A stretch of DNA of 64,000 nt, taken from assembly GCF_963921235.1 (NCBI RefSeq), contig NC_086109.1, forward strand, positions 29,824,001-29,888,000, read 5' to 3'. Position 1 is the stretch's first letter; the number at the start of each line of letters is the position of its first letter. Position numbers and translations under genes: made by a program. The notes below the pieces were generated by a model. The model did not search any database. It saw only the letters and a program-made list of their open reading frames with translations, and was not told where the DNA came from. The stretch is from Mobula hypostoma (Eukaryota). This document shows positions 28,033 to 41,700 of this stretch, one piece after another.

Positions 28033-28589
28033 GCCTTGGGGTGTATGGGGTGTCAGGGAGGGGTAGCACCTCTGGTGGGGGAACATGTCGCATCCTTTTC
28101 AAAGCGGTGAGTCCACCTTTGGTCCCCACCTAGCACTCAGCTCTCACCTGTGGCTCCCCTTGGCTGTTTGCATGCGACGGCGGCCACACCCCGGGCAACG
28201 GCTTCGACAAGCTAGCTAAACCGGGTGTTAAACCAGGTCTCAAACCCTCAGTGAGATAGGGAGTTGTCAATTCCAGCATGTGAAGCCGGTAGATTGAGCG
28301 GACGAGACCAATGGAAGGTCCAACGGTCAAGAAAGCGGTCTCTGCAAGCGTCGTGGAACGTGTAGAGCAGGGCAAGACACAGAAGACATCCTGGTCGTCC
28401 ACTGCGCCTAGTCCCATCTCCAGCCGTCTCAACTCTGTCTTGCCACTGGATCCAGATGGGAATTGGGAAGAGAGAGTGAGGCTGACACTGCACAACTCTC
28501 CCTCACTGAAATCCAAGCCACGCACTAGTCTCGACACCATCATAATGCTGTCGAGGTCCTCATCGACATTGACGATGGACGAACACGGA
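28033..28589 (+). mobile_element. non-autonomous RTE-related element with 14-bp TSD
   Basis: TSD atggagggaaatgg at 28019-28032 and 28590-28603; CpG-rich; 3' part gcacaactctccctcactgaaatccaa...ggtcctcatcg...gatggacgaac resembles RTE-derived SINE ends. Confidence 0.7.
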
Positions 28590-28640
28590 ATGGAGGGAAA
28601 TGGACTGTCAATATTTGGGACAGAGACTCTTCATCTGGAC

Positions 28641-28720
28641 CAGGGATTCTCAACTTTGGGTCCACAGACCCTTTGCTTAATGGTGTTGGTCCAAGGCATA
28701 AAAAAGATTGGGAACCTCTG
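28641..28720. mobile_element. 80-bp hAT MITE with 8-bp TSD
   Basis: TIRs cagggattctcaa / ttgggaacctctg; TSD atctggac at 28633-28640 and 28721-28728. Confidence 0.85.
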
Positions 28721-29787
28721 ATCTGGACTCTACCAGGCCTGATGATAGGTCTCGACCTAAAACATCTACTATCCATTTCTCTCCATAGATGAGCCGGATC
28801 TAATGAATTTTTCCAGCACTTTGTATGCTGTTTCTCACTTGTTCATGTCGTATTAGTGTGACACAGTGACACACCCGGCAGACTTGCTGACTCACAGCTT
28901 CAGTGACCCAGGTTCAATTCTGCCTTCTGTTGCCAACTGTGGGAAGTTTCCCTGTGATCACGTGGGGCCCCTCCTGACACTTCTGCCCTTCTTCCAAAAA
29001 CCTACGGACGGGTAGATTAACAGGGCCACAGCCAATGGCCCTGTCACATTGGTGGGTGGTGACATCTTAGGGGAGTGCTGGAAACATGAGATGTTTTTAA
29101 ACACAGGAATAGTTTCAGTTTAGTGTGAAGGGGGTCCTGATGGTAGGTGCACATCTGATGCCTGAAGAGCTGCAGGATTCTATGACACAACAAATTAAAT
29201 AATTCATTTAATGATTCATTTATGTGTGTGACATCTTTTATTTTCAGTGACATCTGAACTTCTGAGATAACAAATTGCTGTCCTGTTTCTAACAATTGTT
29301 TCCATTCCTTTGGCAAATAGTTTTTCAGGCTGTTGATACAAAAAACATCTCTGCCCAACTGTTAGTTACTGTCATTCCTACTTGAACAGTTTCCTCCTTT
29401 TCCTTCTTCCCCAGAGGACATAGACTTGCAGCCAGTTCATAGGAAACATGATACTATCTGCTACTTTTCTGGACATTAATTAAGACTAACCTCCAGTGTG
29501 CAATTAAGTAGACTTATAGAGCACAGAACACTATATCATAGAAACTGGCCCCTTGGCCCATCTAGTCCCGAGGAGCAAATTTGTAAAGGGATCGCAGATT
29601 ATTGCAAAGACAATAGAGTTGTGACAGTAGTTGATTTTAATTTTCCACATATTGACCGGGACTAAGGGCTGGATGGGAAAGAGTTTATCAAAAATGTTCG
29701 GAAAAGTTTCCTTAATCAGTACATAGAAGTCCCAACTAGAGAGAATACAATACTACTGGAAATCCCCTATTAGGAAATGAAACAGGG

Positions 29788-29867
29788 CAGGGGTTCCCAA
29801 ACATTTTTTATGCCATAGACACCCCCATCAATCAAGGGGTCTGTGAACCCCAGGTTGGGAACCCCTG
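29788..29867. mobile_element. 80-bp hAT MITE, same family as 28641-28720, opposite orientation
   Basis: Perfect TIRs caggggttcccaa / ttgggaacccctg; TSD not preserved. Confidence 0.8.
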
Positions 29868-31249
29868 GTGTAGGGGAACATTTTGAATCTAGTGACAAAA
29901 ATGCTATTAGTTTCAAGGTAATCATGGAAAAGGATAGGTCTGGTCTTTGGGTTGACATTCTAAATTGGAGAAAGGCCAATTTTGATGGTATCAGAAAGGA
30001 TCTAAGTGTGGATTGGGATAGGTTGTTTTCTGGCAAAGGTATGCTTGGTAAATGGGAGACCTTCTAAAGTAAAATTTTGAGAAGATGGAGTTTGTATGTT
30101 CCTGTCGTAATAAAGAGTAAGGATAACAGGCTTAGGTAACCTTAGTTTTCAAAAGATATTGAGGCCCTGGTTAAGAAAAAGAAGGAGGTGCATAGCAGGT
30201 ATAGGCAGGTAGGAACATATGAGATACTTTAGGACTATGAGAAATGCAAGAGAGCACTTAAAGAAGGAAATCAGGAAGGTTAAAAGAGGACATGAAGTGC
30301 TCTAGCAGACAAAGTGAAAGGGAATTCTAAGGGTTTCTACTGATAAATTAATTTCAAAAGGATAGAAAGGGACAAAACTGGTCCTCTGAAATATCAGAGT
30401 GATAATCTGTAAACTGAAAGAGATGGGGGAGATCTTAAGTGGAATTTTTGCATATATATTTACTCGGAAGATGGACACAGAGTCTATAGATGTGAGGCAA
30501 AGCAGCAAATGAGGTCATGGACTCTATACAGATTACAGAGGAGGAGGTGTTTACTGTCTTGAGGCAAATTAGGGCAGATTAATCCCCAAGGCCTGACAAT
30601 TTGTTCCCCCTATGGAAGGCAAATGCAGAAATTGTTGGGGCCCTTGCAGAGTTAATTAAAATACCCTTAGCCAAGGTAAGGTGCTGGAGGACTGGAGGAT
30701 AGCAATTGTTCCCTTGTTTGAGAAAGGCTCTAAGAATAAATCAGGAAACTCTCGGCCTGTGAGCTTGACATCAATAGTGTGAAAGTTATTGGAAGGTATT
30801 CAAGATGAGGTTGCAACTTGGATTAGGCATTGACTTTGCAGAAGAAGCCTATGAGTGGTTGTAAATGGTTGCCTCTCTGACTGGAGGCTTGTGACTCGTG
30901 ATGCGCCGCCAGGATTGGCGCAAGGTCTGTTGTTGTTTTTCATCTATATCTATGATCTGGATGATAATGTGGTAAACTGAATTAGCAAATTTGCGAATGA
31001 CACTAAGATTGGGGTTGTAGTGGACAGTGAGGAAGACTGTGAGGAAGTTTGCAGCATGTTCTGGAACAGCTAGACAAATGTGCTGAAATATGGCAGATGA
31101 AATTTAAAGTGAGGTGTCACACTTTGGGAGAACCAACCAATGTAGGTCTTACATAGTGAGCAGTACAGCTCTGAAGTATCCCAAAGGGATCTGGAAATAC
31201 AGGTACATAGGAAAGATGTAAATAAGACTGAAAGGGTGCAGAGAAGCTT

Positions 31250-32075
31250 CAATAGGTACATTTAACGTCAGGGAAATGTAAACAATATACATCCTGAAAT
31301 TCTTTTTCTTCACAAACATCCACGAAAACAGAGGAGTGCCCCAAAGAATGAATGACAGTTAAATGTTAGAATACCAAAGAACCCCCCAGCTCCCCCCTCC
31401 CATGCATAAGCAGCAGCAAAGCAATGACCCCCCCCACCAACAAAAAAGGCATCAGCACCCTCCACTGAGCACTCAGGCGTGCAGCAAAGCATCAATAAAG
31501 ACACAGACTTGCAGTACCCCAGAGACTACTCATTCACCTGGTAATTTGACATACCACAGGCTCTCTCTCTCCCTAATAAGGGAAAAAGAGATGTCCCTGT
31601 TTCACAGCAAGAGAGGACACACAATAAAACAACTCACCGATTTATGGTGTTAAAAGTCTGTTGCATCGCTTTTTCCGAGCTCTGTGCCCAAAGATCTCGG
31701 GTCTCTGGGCACACAGCCAGCAGCCAGCTCACCGCTTTCGATCTTCCGTGTACTCCCATGACGCACCACTTTTCTGCAGCAGCACCGACCTCAAATCCGC
31801 CCACCTCCAGAGCCACGAAAATCCGGCACCCTGAAGGCGCGCTAGTCTTTCAGGCCGCGTCCTTGGCATATCGAAAAGCGGCCGGTCGTGAGGCTCTGAG
31901 AGCGGGTCCCACTCCTGCAATGAACCGAAGTCAGCGTATAACTCCAGGTCAGGGTCTTCAAAAGAACCCTGAAAAGGGAAAAAAGAGATATTAAAGATAG
32001 AGGTAGAGCTGTTTCCAAAGATACAGGCAAAGGAGTCACCATTAGGCACCATCATCCTAAGCTCTGCCCTCCGTC
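31250..32075 (-). mobile_element. non-autonomous retroelement inserted in CR1 (family also at 46400-46680 and 62130-62497)
   Basis: Shared 3' end ...atttcaggatgtatattgt.tacattt.ctgac.ttaaa + ttgaa tail; CpG-rich 5' part. Confidence 0.7.
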
Positions 32076-32449
32076 ATTACAGAGATGTTGCCGGTACTTG
32101 AGGACCTGAGCTATAGGGAAAGATTGAATGGCTTAGAACTCTATTCCCTAGAACGTAGAAGATTGAGAGGAGATTTGACAGAGGTATACAAAATTATGAG
32201 GGGTATAGATAGGGTACATGAAAGCAGGCTTTTTACCACTGAGGTTGTGTGAGACTACCAACTAGACGGCATACGTTAAGGATTAAAGGTGAAATGTTTA
32301 ATGGGAATATGAGGGGGAACTTCACTCAGAGGGTGGTAAGCGTGTGGAATGAGCTGCCAATGCAAGTGGTGGAAGTGGGTCAATTTCAACATTTAAGAGA
32401 AATTTGGATCACTTAATTGAGCACAGGTTAGGAATTGGTCTAACATCTC

Positions 32450-32660
32450 ACCCACCAACCTTCCCCTTTACCAGGTTTTACTTACCACTTTCTAGTTTAT
32501 ACTCTTTCCCCTTCCCCCGCCCACCTTCTTATTCTGGCTTCTTCTCCCTTTCCTTTCCAGTTTTGATGAAGGATCTCAGCCCAAAACTTTGGCTCTCTAT
32601 TCATCTCTTTAGATGCTGCCTGGCTTGCTGAGTTCTTCCAACTTTCGTGTGTGTTATGGT
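32450..32660 (+). mobile_element. Penelope terminal fragment
   Basis: Pyrimidine tract followed by tgatgaaggatctcagcccaaaac...gatgctgcctggcttgctgagttcttcca. Confidence 0.6.
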
Positions 32661-34129
32661 TGGTTTAAAACCCCTTGGCCTTAGTTTATATCAATGAGGG
32701 TTTACATCAAAGTGGATTTCTAATTAAATTTTAATTGGTTTTAATAATATTGTAAGTGAATGATAACAGAGCAGACGTGGAGGGCAATTAACCTTTGGAA
32801 AGGCTGTTATAGCTGATCTGTGAAGATCAGTAAAGTAAGGTTGCCCAGTTGCTAACAGTTTTCATGCTTACGCCCATGGACTCTTTAAGGACCCCTTACA
32901 ACTCATGTTCTCAATATTATTTGTATTTACATCATTTGTCTTCTTTCACACATTAGTTGTCAGTCTTTGTTTATGAACACTAGAAATCCAGAGTAACAAA
33001 GACAAAATGCTAGAGGAACTCAACAGGTCAGGCAGCATCTATGGAAAAGAATAAAGAGTCAAGGTTTAGGGGAGACTGGAAAAGAAGGGTACATTTGTGT
33101 AGCATTTTTCATAAAATAGTATTGTATTTCTTTTTTTCTTCTTGTAAATGCCTGAAAGAAATTGAATCTCAATGTAGCATATGGTAATATATAGGTTCTT
33201 TGCTAACAAATTTTCTTTGAAATTTGATCTACCAATGGAGGAACATGAAAGTAGCTGCCATCTAGTAAGAACAGCAAGGGACACCCCCCTCCCCCCACCC
33301 AGGTATTTGCAGCAAGCTCTATAATCTACATTAGTTCTGTACAGCAGATGATGTTGGTATCTATCATCTCTATACTACCTCTCTCTCTCTCTTTCAGCAT
33401 GGCAAAAAAGGTATTTCATACATCCCTTCATCTTTTCCTCATGTGAAGAAATGATTGTTTGCTCAGTTTCATTTACAGATGATCCTTTATCAAATCCTTA
33501 ATGATTTGCTGGATAATGAAAATTATACTGCTTCAGAAACCATAGATCTTAAATTCATTTCAGGTAGGAGAATAGAATGGGGGAAATTGAACTGGTCACT
33601 CGTTTCTCATTTATTTTCTTCTGCTTTGAAATCAATAGAGATTAAGTTCAGGTAGAGTACAGAGGCATGTGTACAATTTGCCATCGCCCTACCCCTATCT
33701 CATTCGACATGTGGCAGAGATCACCATCAGTATGACAGTTAAGGAAATCAAACAGGCAAGGGAATCATATACATTTTATTACTTGTTTTATGATCTCAGC
33801 AAGTCCCAACTACTGAAGTATTGTAATGTAGAAAGTACTGCAACAATTATGTTCAGAGTAAATTTCCAGAAATAGTAATATAATAATGACTATTTGGTGT
33901 TACTTTCTTGATGGCGACATGTTGGCAAAGATACGGCGAAAAATCTCATCTGTCATTGTTAAAACAGTGAAATGGAATTACTTTTAAGTGCACCGAAGTA
34001 GTTGAGAAGTTAATATTATGTTTGATCTGAAAGACTGCACCTTTAACATTGCAGCATTCATTCCGAGTTGTGCTGGAAAGTAAGATCATCATAATCAAGT
34101 GGGAATATAAGGTACCGAGCACCTCCACA

Positions 34130-34716
34130 CCATCCGCCACAAGCAATGGCCAAGCATTTTAATTCCGATTCCCATTCCCATATCGATGTGTCGATCCAGG
34201 GAAGAGAGTGTTGTAGAACAGAGAGACATAGGGGTACAAGTCCATGGCCTCCTCTTGCCACCCTCAGGGTGGAGAACGAACACCTTATATTCCATCTGGG
34301 TACCTTCCAAACTGATGGCATGAACATTGATTTCTCTATATCACCTTCTGGTGAACAAATTTCTCCGCCACCCCCCCACCTCTATTTCCCACTCTGACCT
34401 TTCACTTCTTCTCACCTGCCTATTGCTTCCCCTACCCCTTCAAGTCCCCTCCTCCTTCCCTTTCACTTACGTTCCACTCTCCTCTCCTATCAGGTTCTTT
34501 CTTTTCCAGTCCTTTACTTTTCCCAACCACTTGGCTTCATCTATACCTTCCAACTAGCATCTTTCCCCTCCTCCACCTTTATAATCAGGCATCAGGCATC
34601 TTCCCCGTTCCATCTCATTCCCAAAGAAGGGTCTCGGCCTGAAATGTTGACTGTTACTCTTTTCCATAGATTCTGCCTGACCTGCAGAGTTCCTCCAGCA
34701 TTTTGTATGTGTTGCA
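34130..34716 (+). mobile_element. Penelope-like element 3' end (GIY-YIG endonuclease C-terminus and terminal repeat)
   Basis: AKHFNSDSHSHIDVSI...TLRVENEHLIFHLGTFQTDGMNIDFS, followed by a pyrimidine-rich UTR and gaagggtctcggcctgaaatgttgact terminus. Confidence 0.82.
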
Positions 34717-36659
34717 AAGTACGAATGAATTAAAAGGCTTTTTTTTTGCTCTTGTTTAATGATAACAATGTATTTCAAGCTGGTGTAAAATTGAATATTG
34801 AGCAGAAAATGTCACTTCTCCATCCCATTCCCCCAATTTATTCCTGATTTCTTTGCAAAGAATAGAGTAAAACTTAGATTTTTTTTGTGTGCGTCTCATT
34901 GAAACATTTGCTATTGCTCTTCAAGGCTTTCTGGGGATTTTATTTTCTTTCTTCTTCAAAGAAAGAAGTAGCAGATCTCCACAGAGGAGAACTGATGTGA
35001 CTGGGACCAGCTGCCATGAGTTCAAAATTGAGGCAGCAAAATCCTTTGACCTGGTAAAGCTTTTGCTGTTGTACAAAAGTAGGATTAGAACAACCCGTGA
35101 CAAGAGGAACTGTTTTACTGTGGAAACCAGGCACCCATCCGCATAGAAATTTTAAAACACACTTTCATTTTCGACAGTTAAATGATGTTCTGCCCATGAA
35201 CTTTTTACAGATGTAGAGTCTTGGAGTCACACAGCACAGATATAGGCCAACCAAGATGCCCATCTAAGATAGTCTAATTTGCCCATGTTCTCAATTTTCT
35301 CAACTTTTCCTATCCTTGGATGATACTTGAGGTATTGGCACACTTGGAGTATTTCATGCCTTTCTGGTCACCCTATTACAGGAAGGGTGTAAAAGCTTTG
35401 GAAAGAGTACAGAAAAGGTCTACCAAGATGCTGCCTCGATTATAGGGTCTTGGAGAGGCTGGACAAATGGGTTGATCTATCTGGAATGGCAAACGCTGAG
35501 GGGAAACATGATAAAATTTTGAACGATATAGTGTTACGAGACGCTCCCAACCGCACCCAGTTTCCGGGATTTAGACGCTCTTACTCTCCAGAGTATGGAT
35601 AATTAGCGCGGCCCCTTCCGTGGTTCATGGTGGTCCTGCTAATTGGCAAGTATGTTTTGGGTGCCAAGAATTGAGTATTTAAAGAGCACCTGAACTGAGG
35701 TTCAGTGCTCAATCATAAGCCCTACCAGTGATATCGTCTAGCGCTTGCTTTGTGTTCAGTTCTTCCCCTGCCCATGAGACAATTGAACTCCCTGCCATCA
35801 CCCAGATCTCGTCAAATATGGAGTGCCCCTAGCATTATACTGTTTACTTTTAATTTGTGTCATAAATGCAACTTATGCTAAATGTCAATCTTCTGGAATA
35901 TGCTTTATTATTTGTTAATTTATTTGTGGTAATAGTACTTTATGTGTTGTGTGTGAGTTATATGTAGTGTGTTGTGCACCTTGGTCCAGAGCAACATTGT
36001 TTCCTTTGACAATATGCAAGTATATGTTTAAGTGACAATAAACATTTAGCATGAACTTGAACATGAATTTAATTCACTCCACCCCCGCACCTTTGAAATC
36101 AGATCCAAAAATGTCAAGACTCAGATGCAAACATATGAATTGGGAGTAGAAGTAATCAATTCAGTTGTTCAAGCCAGTTCCACTATCTAATATGATCAGA
36201 GCTGATTTGCCAGTAAGGTCAACTCCATGTTCCAACCTTGTCTTGCAACCTTGCAGTCCCTTGATTATCAAAAATCTATCTGCCAGAGCATTGAAAATAC
36301 TCAAAGACCTTGTTTCTGCTGCTATTTGAAGAAGAGATCCAAGGAAAGAAGGAAAATGCCTTCTCTCAGTAATATTTTAAACATTGATAAATATTATTGT
36401 GTATGACCCACACACACCAATCAAGATCCCTATTGGCTAGCACTTAACTGTTTCATGCCCTTATTAGTGGTCAGGAGGCTCCCCACCCTGATCAGTGAGA
36501 TCCTATGAGCTGCTAGGGCCTTGCCTTTTAGATCAGTTCACAAAAGCAAAGGAAAGTCTCCTCCCAAAAAAAATCAGAATTTTTTTAAAATGCTGGCAAA
36601 GCCGCAGCTCAGTTCAGCTAACCGTATTTTAAATTCAAAGTATTACCCGAGAAATATGA

Positions 36660-37292
36660 ACTTTACTGCATAGGGCTTTTATGAGGAATGGTCATGCACT
36701 AGGGAGTTGGGAGTGTAATGGAACAGAGGGGTTTAGGAGTACAAGTGCATTGTTCATTGGAAGTGGTGTCAAGGGTAGCCAGGATGATGTAAAAGGTGTT
36801 TAACACACTGGCATTGATCAGTCAGAGCACTGAGCATAGGATTTGGACAAGTCAATGGTAAGGCTGCACGTGGGAGTATGAGTCTTGGTCACCTTGTTAT
36901 AGGAAAGATGTGGTTCAACTAGAAAGAATGCAGGAAAGATTTACGTGGATGTTGCCAAGACATATAGAATTGCTTAAACTTATGAGAGGCATAGATAATG
37001 TGGAGGGGAGATCAGAACTAGGGGGCATAGATTTAAGATGAGAGGAGACAGATTTAAAAGGGATCTGAGAGGCAACTTTTCCACATGGAGGGAGGTGAGG
37101 AAATGGAACCAGCTGCCAGAGGAAGTGGTTGAGCGAGGTTCAATTGTATTATTTAAGAAAAACTTCTGGATGGTACATGGAGGGGTGGGACTTAGAGGGG
37201 TATGGATCAAATGCAGGAATTGAGATATGCTGGGTGGGTCCCATGAACTTGTTGGGCCCAAGAGGCTATATCTGTACTGTATTGCTCTATGT
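36660..37292 (+). mobile_element. degenerate CR1 3' portion
   Basis: RTRGHRFKMRGDRFKRDLRGNFSTWREVRKWNQLPEEVVE and 3' UTR. Confidence 0.8.
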
Positions 37293-38529
37293 CTCCATGA
37301 CCCCATAAATAAACTGTAAGCTAAAATTAATTTTCTTCCTTGCAACAATTGTACTTGCTCTGTCTCTGTATATCTGTTTGCATCTGACACAGCATTGCAT
37401 TGTGACACCGTTACTTTTTACTCTGACTCCCACACTCAGCGTGTTAAAAATAATTTTGAAATATTATTTGCAGTTAGCATAATTTCTGATTTAACTGGCC
37501 ATCTTTCTTCACCCTTTGACCTTGCACAATTTAAAAGTAAAAATAAAGATAAAACATGTTGCCTTTTCTCTAGCAATCTTCACAAAATTGTTCTGTTACA
37601 GCAACAATGTTGTAATGTTAGCAACAGAGTTCCTGATATGTCTGAACATGGGATCATCTGCAGATGCTGGAAATCCAAAGCAACTCGTACAAAATGCTGG
37701 AGAAACTCAGCAGGCCCGGCAATGTTCATGGAAAAGAGTAAACAGTCAACGCTTTGGGCCAAGACCTGTCATCAGGTCTCTATTGCTAACTTCATTGATA
37801 CAGAATACCCTTCTTTGTTGAGCTTCCTTCCCTGGCAATAATCCTTAATCTTTTAAACTACATCATGAAGTGGAAGCAGATGAACACTGTTAACCAGTTC
37901 AGATTGTTTAACCAGAGGGAGATAAAAGCCCTTCCATTATGACGCCCCATACTTATTAAATAATTCAATGGACACTATTTTCTTTCCACGTTTTGATAAT
38001 TCTTCTTGGAAAAAGAAGTAATAAATTTGCACTTTGCTGACAAAGTTGGGGTTTCAATACATTTGTTCACTTACTTTATCAATACTGGCAATTATCTTAC
38101 ATGCTGATTGTCAATAATGTTACACTTGAAAGTCGGGAGCATGTATCATTTTAAAGATAAGCACGTTTGGAGGATGTGAGATAATTGGACCAGTGTGGAA
38201 GAAATTCTGTTTCTAATTTAATGACAATTGGAAAAATTGGAAAGCACATGTACGGTCAGTGAAAAACTATTTGCTATTCAGACTGAGAAATAAGGAAGTG
38301 TAAAACAGAAGGGCTACATCAATACAAATGACAAACTATAATTTCAGTGGGAATTTCACTTAGACAATTTCCATTTCTAATGTGAATACATGAAATGTGT
38401 TAATAGACTGAGTCAGCACTTAAATATGCATCAAAATAAAAGAACAAAATTTTTAGACAAGGCAATTAATCATATATAATTTTTTTTAAATGTAAGTATG
38501 AAGTAAGATCACACCATTGCCCATCTCAC

Positions 38530-38720
38530 TATTTCAGCCATTCTGGTTCCTTGGGTTTTACTTTATAATTGAAATCTCTGACACTAGAGATCAGTTTTGT
38601 GATTTTTCCCTGAAGTACCATAAGAGGTTGAATATCTTCTCTATGTCTCAGTGGCCAGAAGTCAACAAGGAGTTCAAGGCAAGGTGTAGACAGAGTAAAG
38701 GACAATTTGTGTATTACTCG
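38530..38720 (-). mobile_element. very old CR1 ORF2 fragment
   Basis: TLSTPCLELLVDFWPLRHREDIQPLMVLQGKITKLISSVRDFNY aligns with CR1 LVRPHLEYCVQFWSP...DI..LE.VQRRFTRLIP. Confidence 0.65.
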
Positions 38721-41700
38721 TTCTGTCCTATTTTGCCCCGTTTGAGTCTTCAATGTGGTTTGTAGAGTGTTGTGCCATTGTGGTTGGATATACCAAATGT
38801 CAAGTTTCTGAAAATACCAAGATCTTATTGCAATCTGACTTTGCTTTTGAACACAGCTCCTGAGGTACAATTACCATTCTCAAATGTACTCTTTACACCA
38901 GGAAGTGTTTACACTTGACAGTTTGGCAGAGTTGAACTAACTTCACCAGTTGAAGTGAAGTACAGTAGATATATGGTTTTGTTTTTATCAATGCTAAATC
39001 AGCTTCCTCACACTGTCAGTTTAAGTAGTGCATCAAATCAGCTTCTGTTTAGATTTTTTTCGTACTTTGAAGCAATAACAAATAATCGGGCAGATTTTTA
39101 TTTTGTTTTTAAGGACCAGGTTAAAGTTACAACAGGAATAGAAATGTATTTGACATTAAAGTTTCCAAACCTGTTTGACTAAAATAATATTTGCCCTTCC
39201 TCTTCAAATCGTGTGATGTGAGATGTGTGAAGTGATAGCCAAAATATTGCGATTTTTTTTCATTCAATGGACACTAGCAGATGGGCCAACATTTCCCTTA
39301 AAGAACTCAGCAAGCTTTCATTCTATTGATTTCAAGAAAATGAAAACAGGACCGGTTCTTTTCAAGACCTACCTCTCTCTATACAGAAGTAGACAAAGAC
39401 GAACAGAAATGGCTCATTCTACAGAAGAGGAAACAGGAAAAGTGATAAATGAAACATAAGATATATTTTTGAAAGGAACAGGGTAAGAGAGTAAACCACA
39501 AGAAGTAGCAGGCCAGGCAGCATCTATGAAAAAGAGTACCGTCGATATTTTGGACCGAGATCCTTCAGCAGGGTCTGTCCTGAAATGTCAACTGTGCTCT
39601 TTTTCCATAGATGCTGCTTGGTCTGCTGAGTTCTTCCAGCATCTTGTGTATGTTACTTGGATTTCCAGCATCTGCAGATTTTCTCTTGTTTGTGATAGGG
39701 TAAAAGAGTGCTGTGAATTGACAGTTAACAGTGAAGACCAAAGAGAAGACATGAACGAAGTACGGAGTAGGTGAGAGAGCAAGAATGACCAGAAGGAAGA
39801 GCACTAGTATCCGACAGAGCGCACCAACAGGAAGTGAGAGATGTGCCACATTCACTTAGAGGAAACACCCCTTGGGTTTTGAGGAACAAACTGTGGTGAA
39901 CTTCTTCGCTGAGCATTGCTTCCTATACTGGGAGCAACTTATAACTCTATTGTTACTCATAACCAACAGACCTCTGCCAGTTGTGCTAATTATAGTCAAA
40001 AACAAGTCTCATGAGTTCAATAAGTCTGGATTGGCAAGCCTTTTAGAAATTCCAAAATATTCTTCAAAGGGAAGTAAGCAGAAAATACAAAAGAGGAAGA
40101 GCATACAGCGACCGAATATAATCTGGTAAAAGAAAAATGAGATATCTGGGAAGACCACTTCTTGAAGTGGGTGAAAGTTCTTACGGAAATCTTAGCTCTG
40201 TCTCATTCACTCAAAGGACTGCAGAAACCTTGCCAATCATTAGTGGCATCTGTTGATGGAAATTAATAGGATCTGACTTACAATATTCTGCAAAAGTCTA
40301 AGGCATATATAGTATATATAGCTAGGGTGCCTAACACTTTAGCACTGTGCTGTACTAATTTGCATTGTACTGCCATTGCAAAAACAAACAAATTTCATGT
40401 CATATGTGAGTGATGATAAACCTAATTCTGATATGGGTCTCTACTGTGGACTGACAGTGGGAAGGAGTCAGGGACAGGTGAATCATGGTTTGAAAAAGGG
40501 GAAAGGAAAGGGGAGGGAGATGGAAGCACCAGAGAGACATTCTGTAATGATCAATGAACCAATTATTTGCAATCAGGTGACTTTGCCTTATGCCTCAGGC
40601 TGGGTGTATCTACAACCATGCCACGCCCTGCCCCTGGCACATCTTCTTTGCCACCCGTCCCACATCCCTCGCTTGCTGCTCCACTGTCACCATTCCCAAC
40701 ATCCAGACTATATATACACTTCAGACTTTTGTACAGCACTCTATGTACTAAGAATTCTTCAGCATCAGAGTGTTGTTTATGCTTTTGGTACTGTTGACAC
40801 ACCATTAGTGCATTCCTGGCATTTAAAAGTTTTAACAGGCCAAGTTGTTTTAGGATAAATCGTGCAGAAATGAAATTGCCATCTGCAATGGAAACAAGGC
40901 CTTTTAAAAGCAGGTGGCACTTGAAAGTGTCGCAGTTTGCCTTGTCCTGTATACTAAACATCAGAACAAGGGTGCACCTCCACAGTTACATTACATGCAG
41001 TTTTCACTTCATAGATTTTATCCAAGATTCTGGAAGAACACCAGAAGTAGAATTACTGCTCCTAGCTTTATGTCAACAATGCCAGCTGGAATTCATGGTT
41101 ACTATGGAGGGTGGACCATTTTACAACTGATTTCTCTTGATCAGGGTAGGAGCCAATTACAAATGGTAAATTTGTAAATTATACCATTTCCGAGGGATTA
41201 ATTTTAAACAGCTCCACAGCACAGACACAGGAAGCATGGCACAGCTTCTGAATGCATGAAATAACAGACAGGGGCCAGAATTTCTGAGTTGAGCCCTGAT
41301 TCCTACTCTGCCATTCTACACGATCATAGCTGATCGATAGCACCCTCCTGCCCTTTCTCTACACTCCATGTAAGGGATTATTCAGAAATAATGGAATTAT
41401 ATGGATTGCAAGCATTAATAAAATGAGAATCGATCTTCAAAAAAAATGTTCCAATGTAAATGACAAGCAGTAATCGGTTTTGACATTATAAAGATAGTTT
41501 TGTGAACAAACAGTACTGTCTACAAAGGGCAGGTTGTAGGGTCTGGCTGTTCAAGAAATATGATTTGTACACTGATTTGACCATGGGATATTCTTGTATG
41601 TATCAGTTAAAGTTAAAACAATGGAGCTATGGTTATTGCCTACATCAAAACAGACATCAGACATCTTCATTTAAATGACTTTTCATCTTTCTAACAGAGA

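Larger units (their letters stand above)
27940..28835. mobile_element. Penelope-derived palindromic element hosting two nested insertions
   Basis: Left arm 27940-28032; resumes at 28590 and again at 28721 through ctgatgataggtctcgacctaaaac and the right arm. Confidence 0.7.
29570..32420 (+). mobile_element. heavily degenerate CR1 LINE (APE to RT to C-terminus) with nested inserts
   Basis: DFNFPHID, EHFESSDKNAISF...LNWRKANFDGIR, NSRPVSLTSIV, ISKFANDTKIG, RRLRGDLTEVYKIMRGIDRV, RVVSVWNELP. Confidence 0.88.

Noticed and set aside
34960..35053. Plus-strand exon-like segment with polypyrimidine tract, GCCATG and gtaaag donor
   Set aside because: No recognisable homology and cannot be linked to a gene without RNA data.
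35532..35800. Possible LTR start (tgttacg..., tatttaaa)
   Set aside because: No clear 3' CA end, TSD or internal domain.
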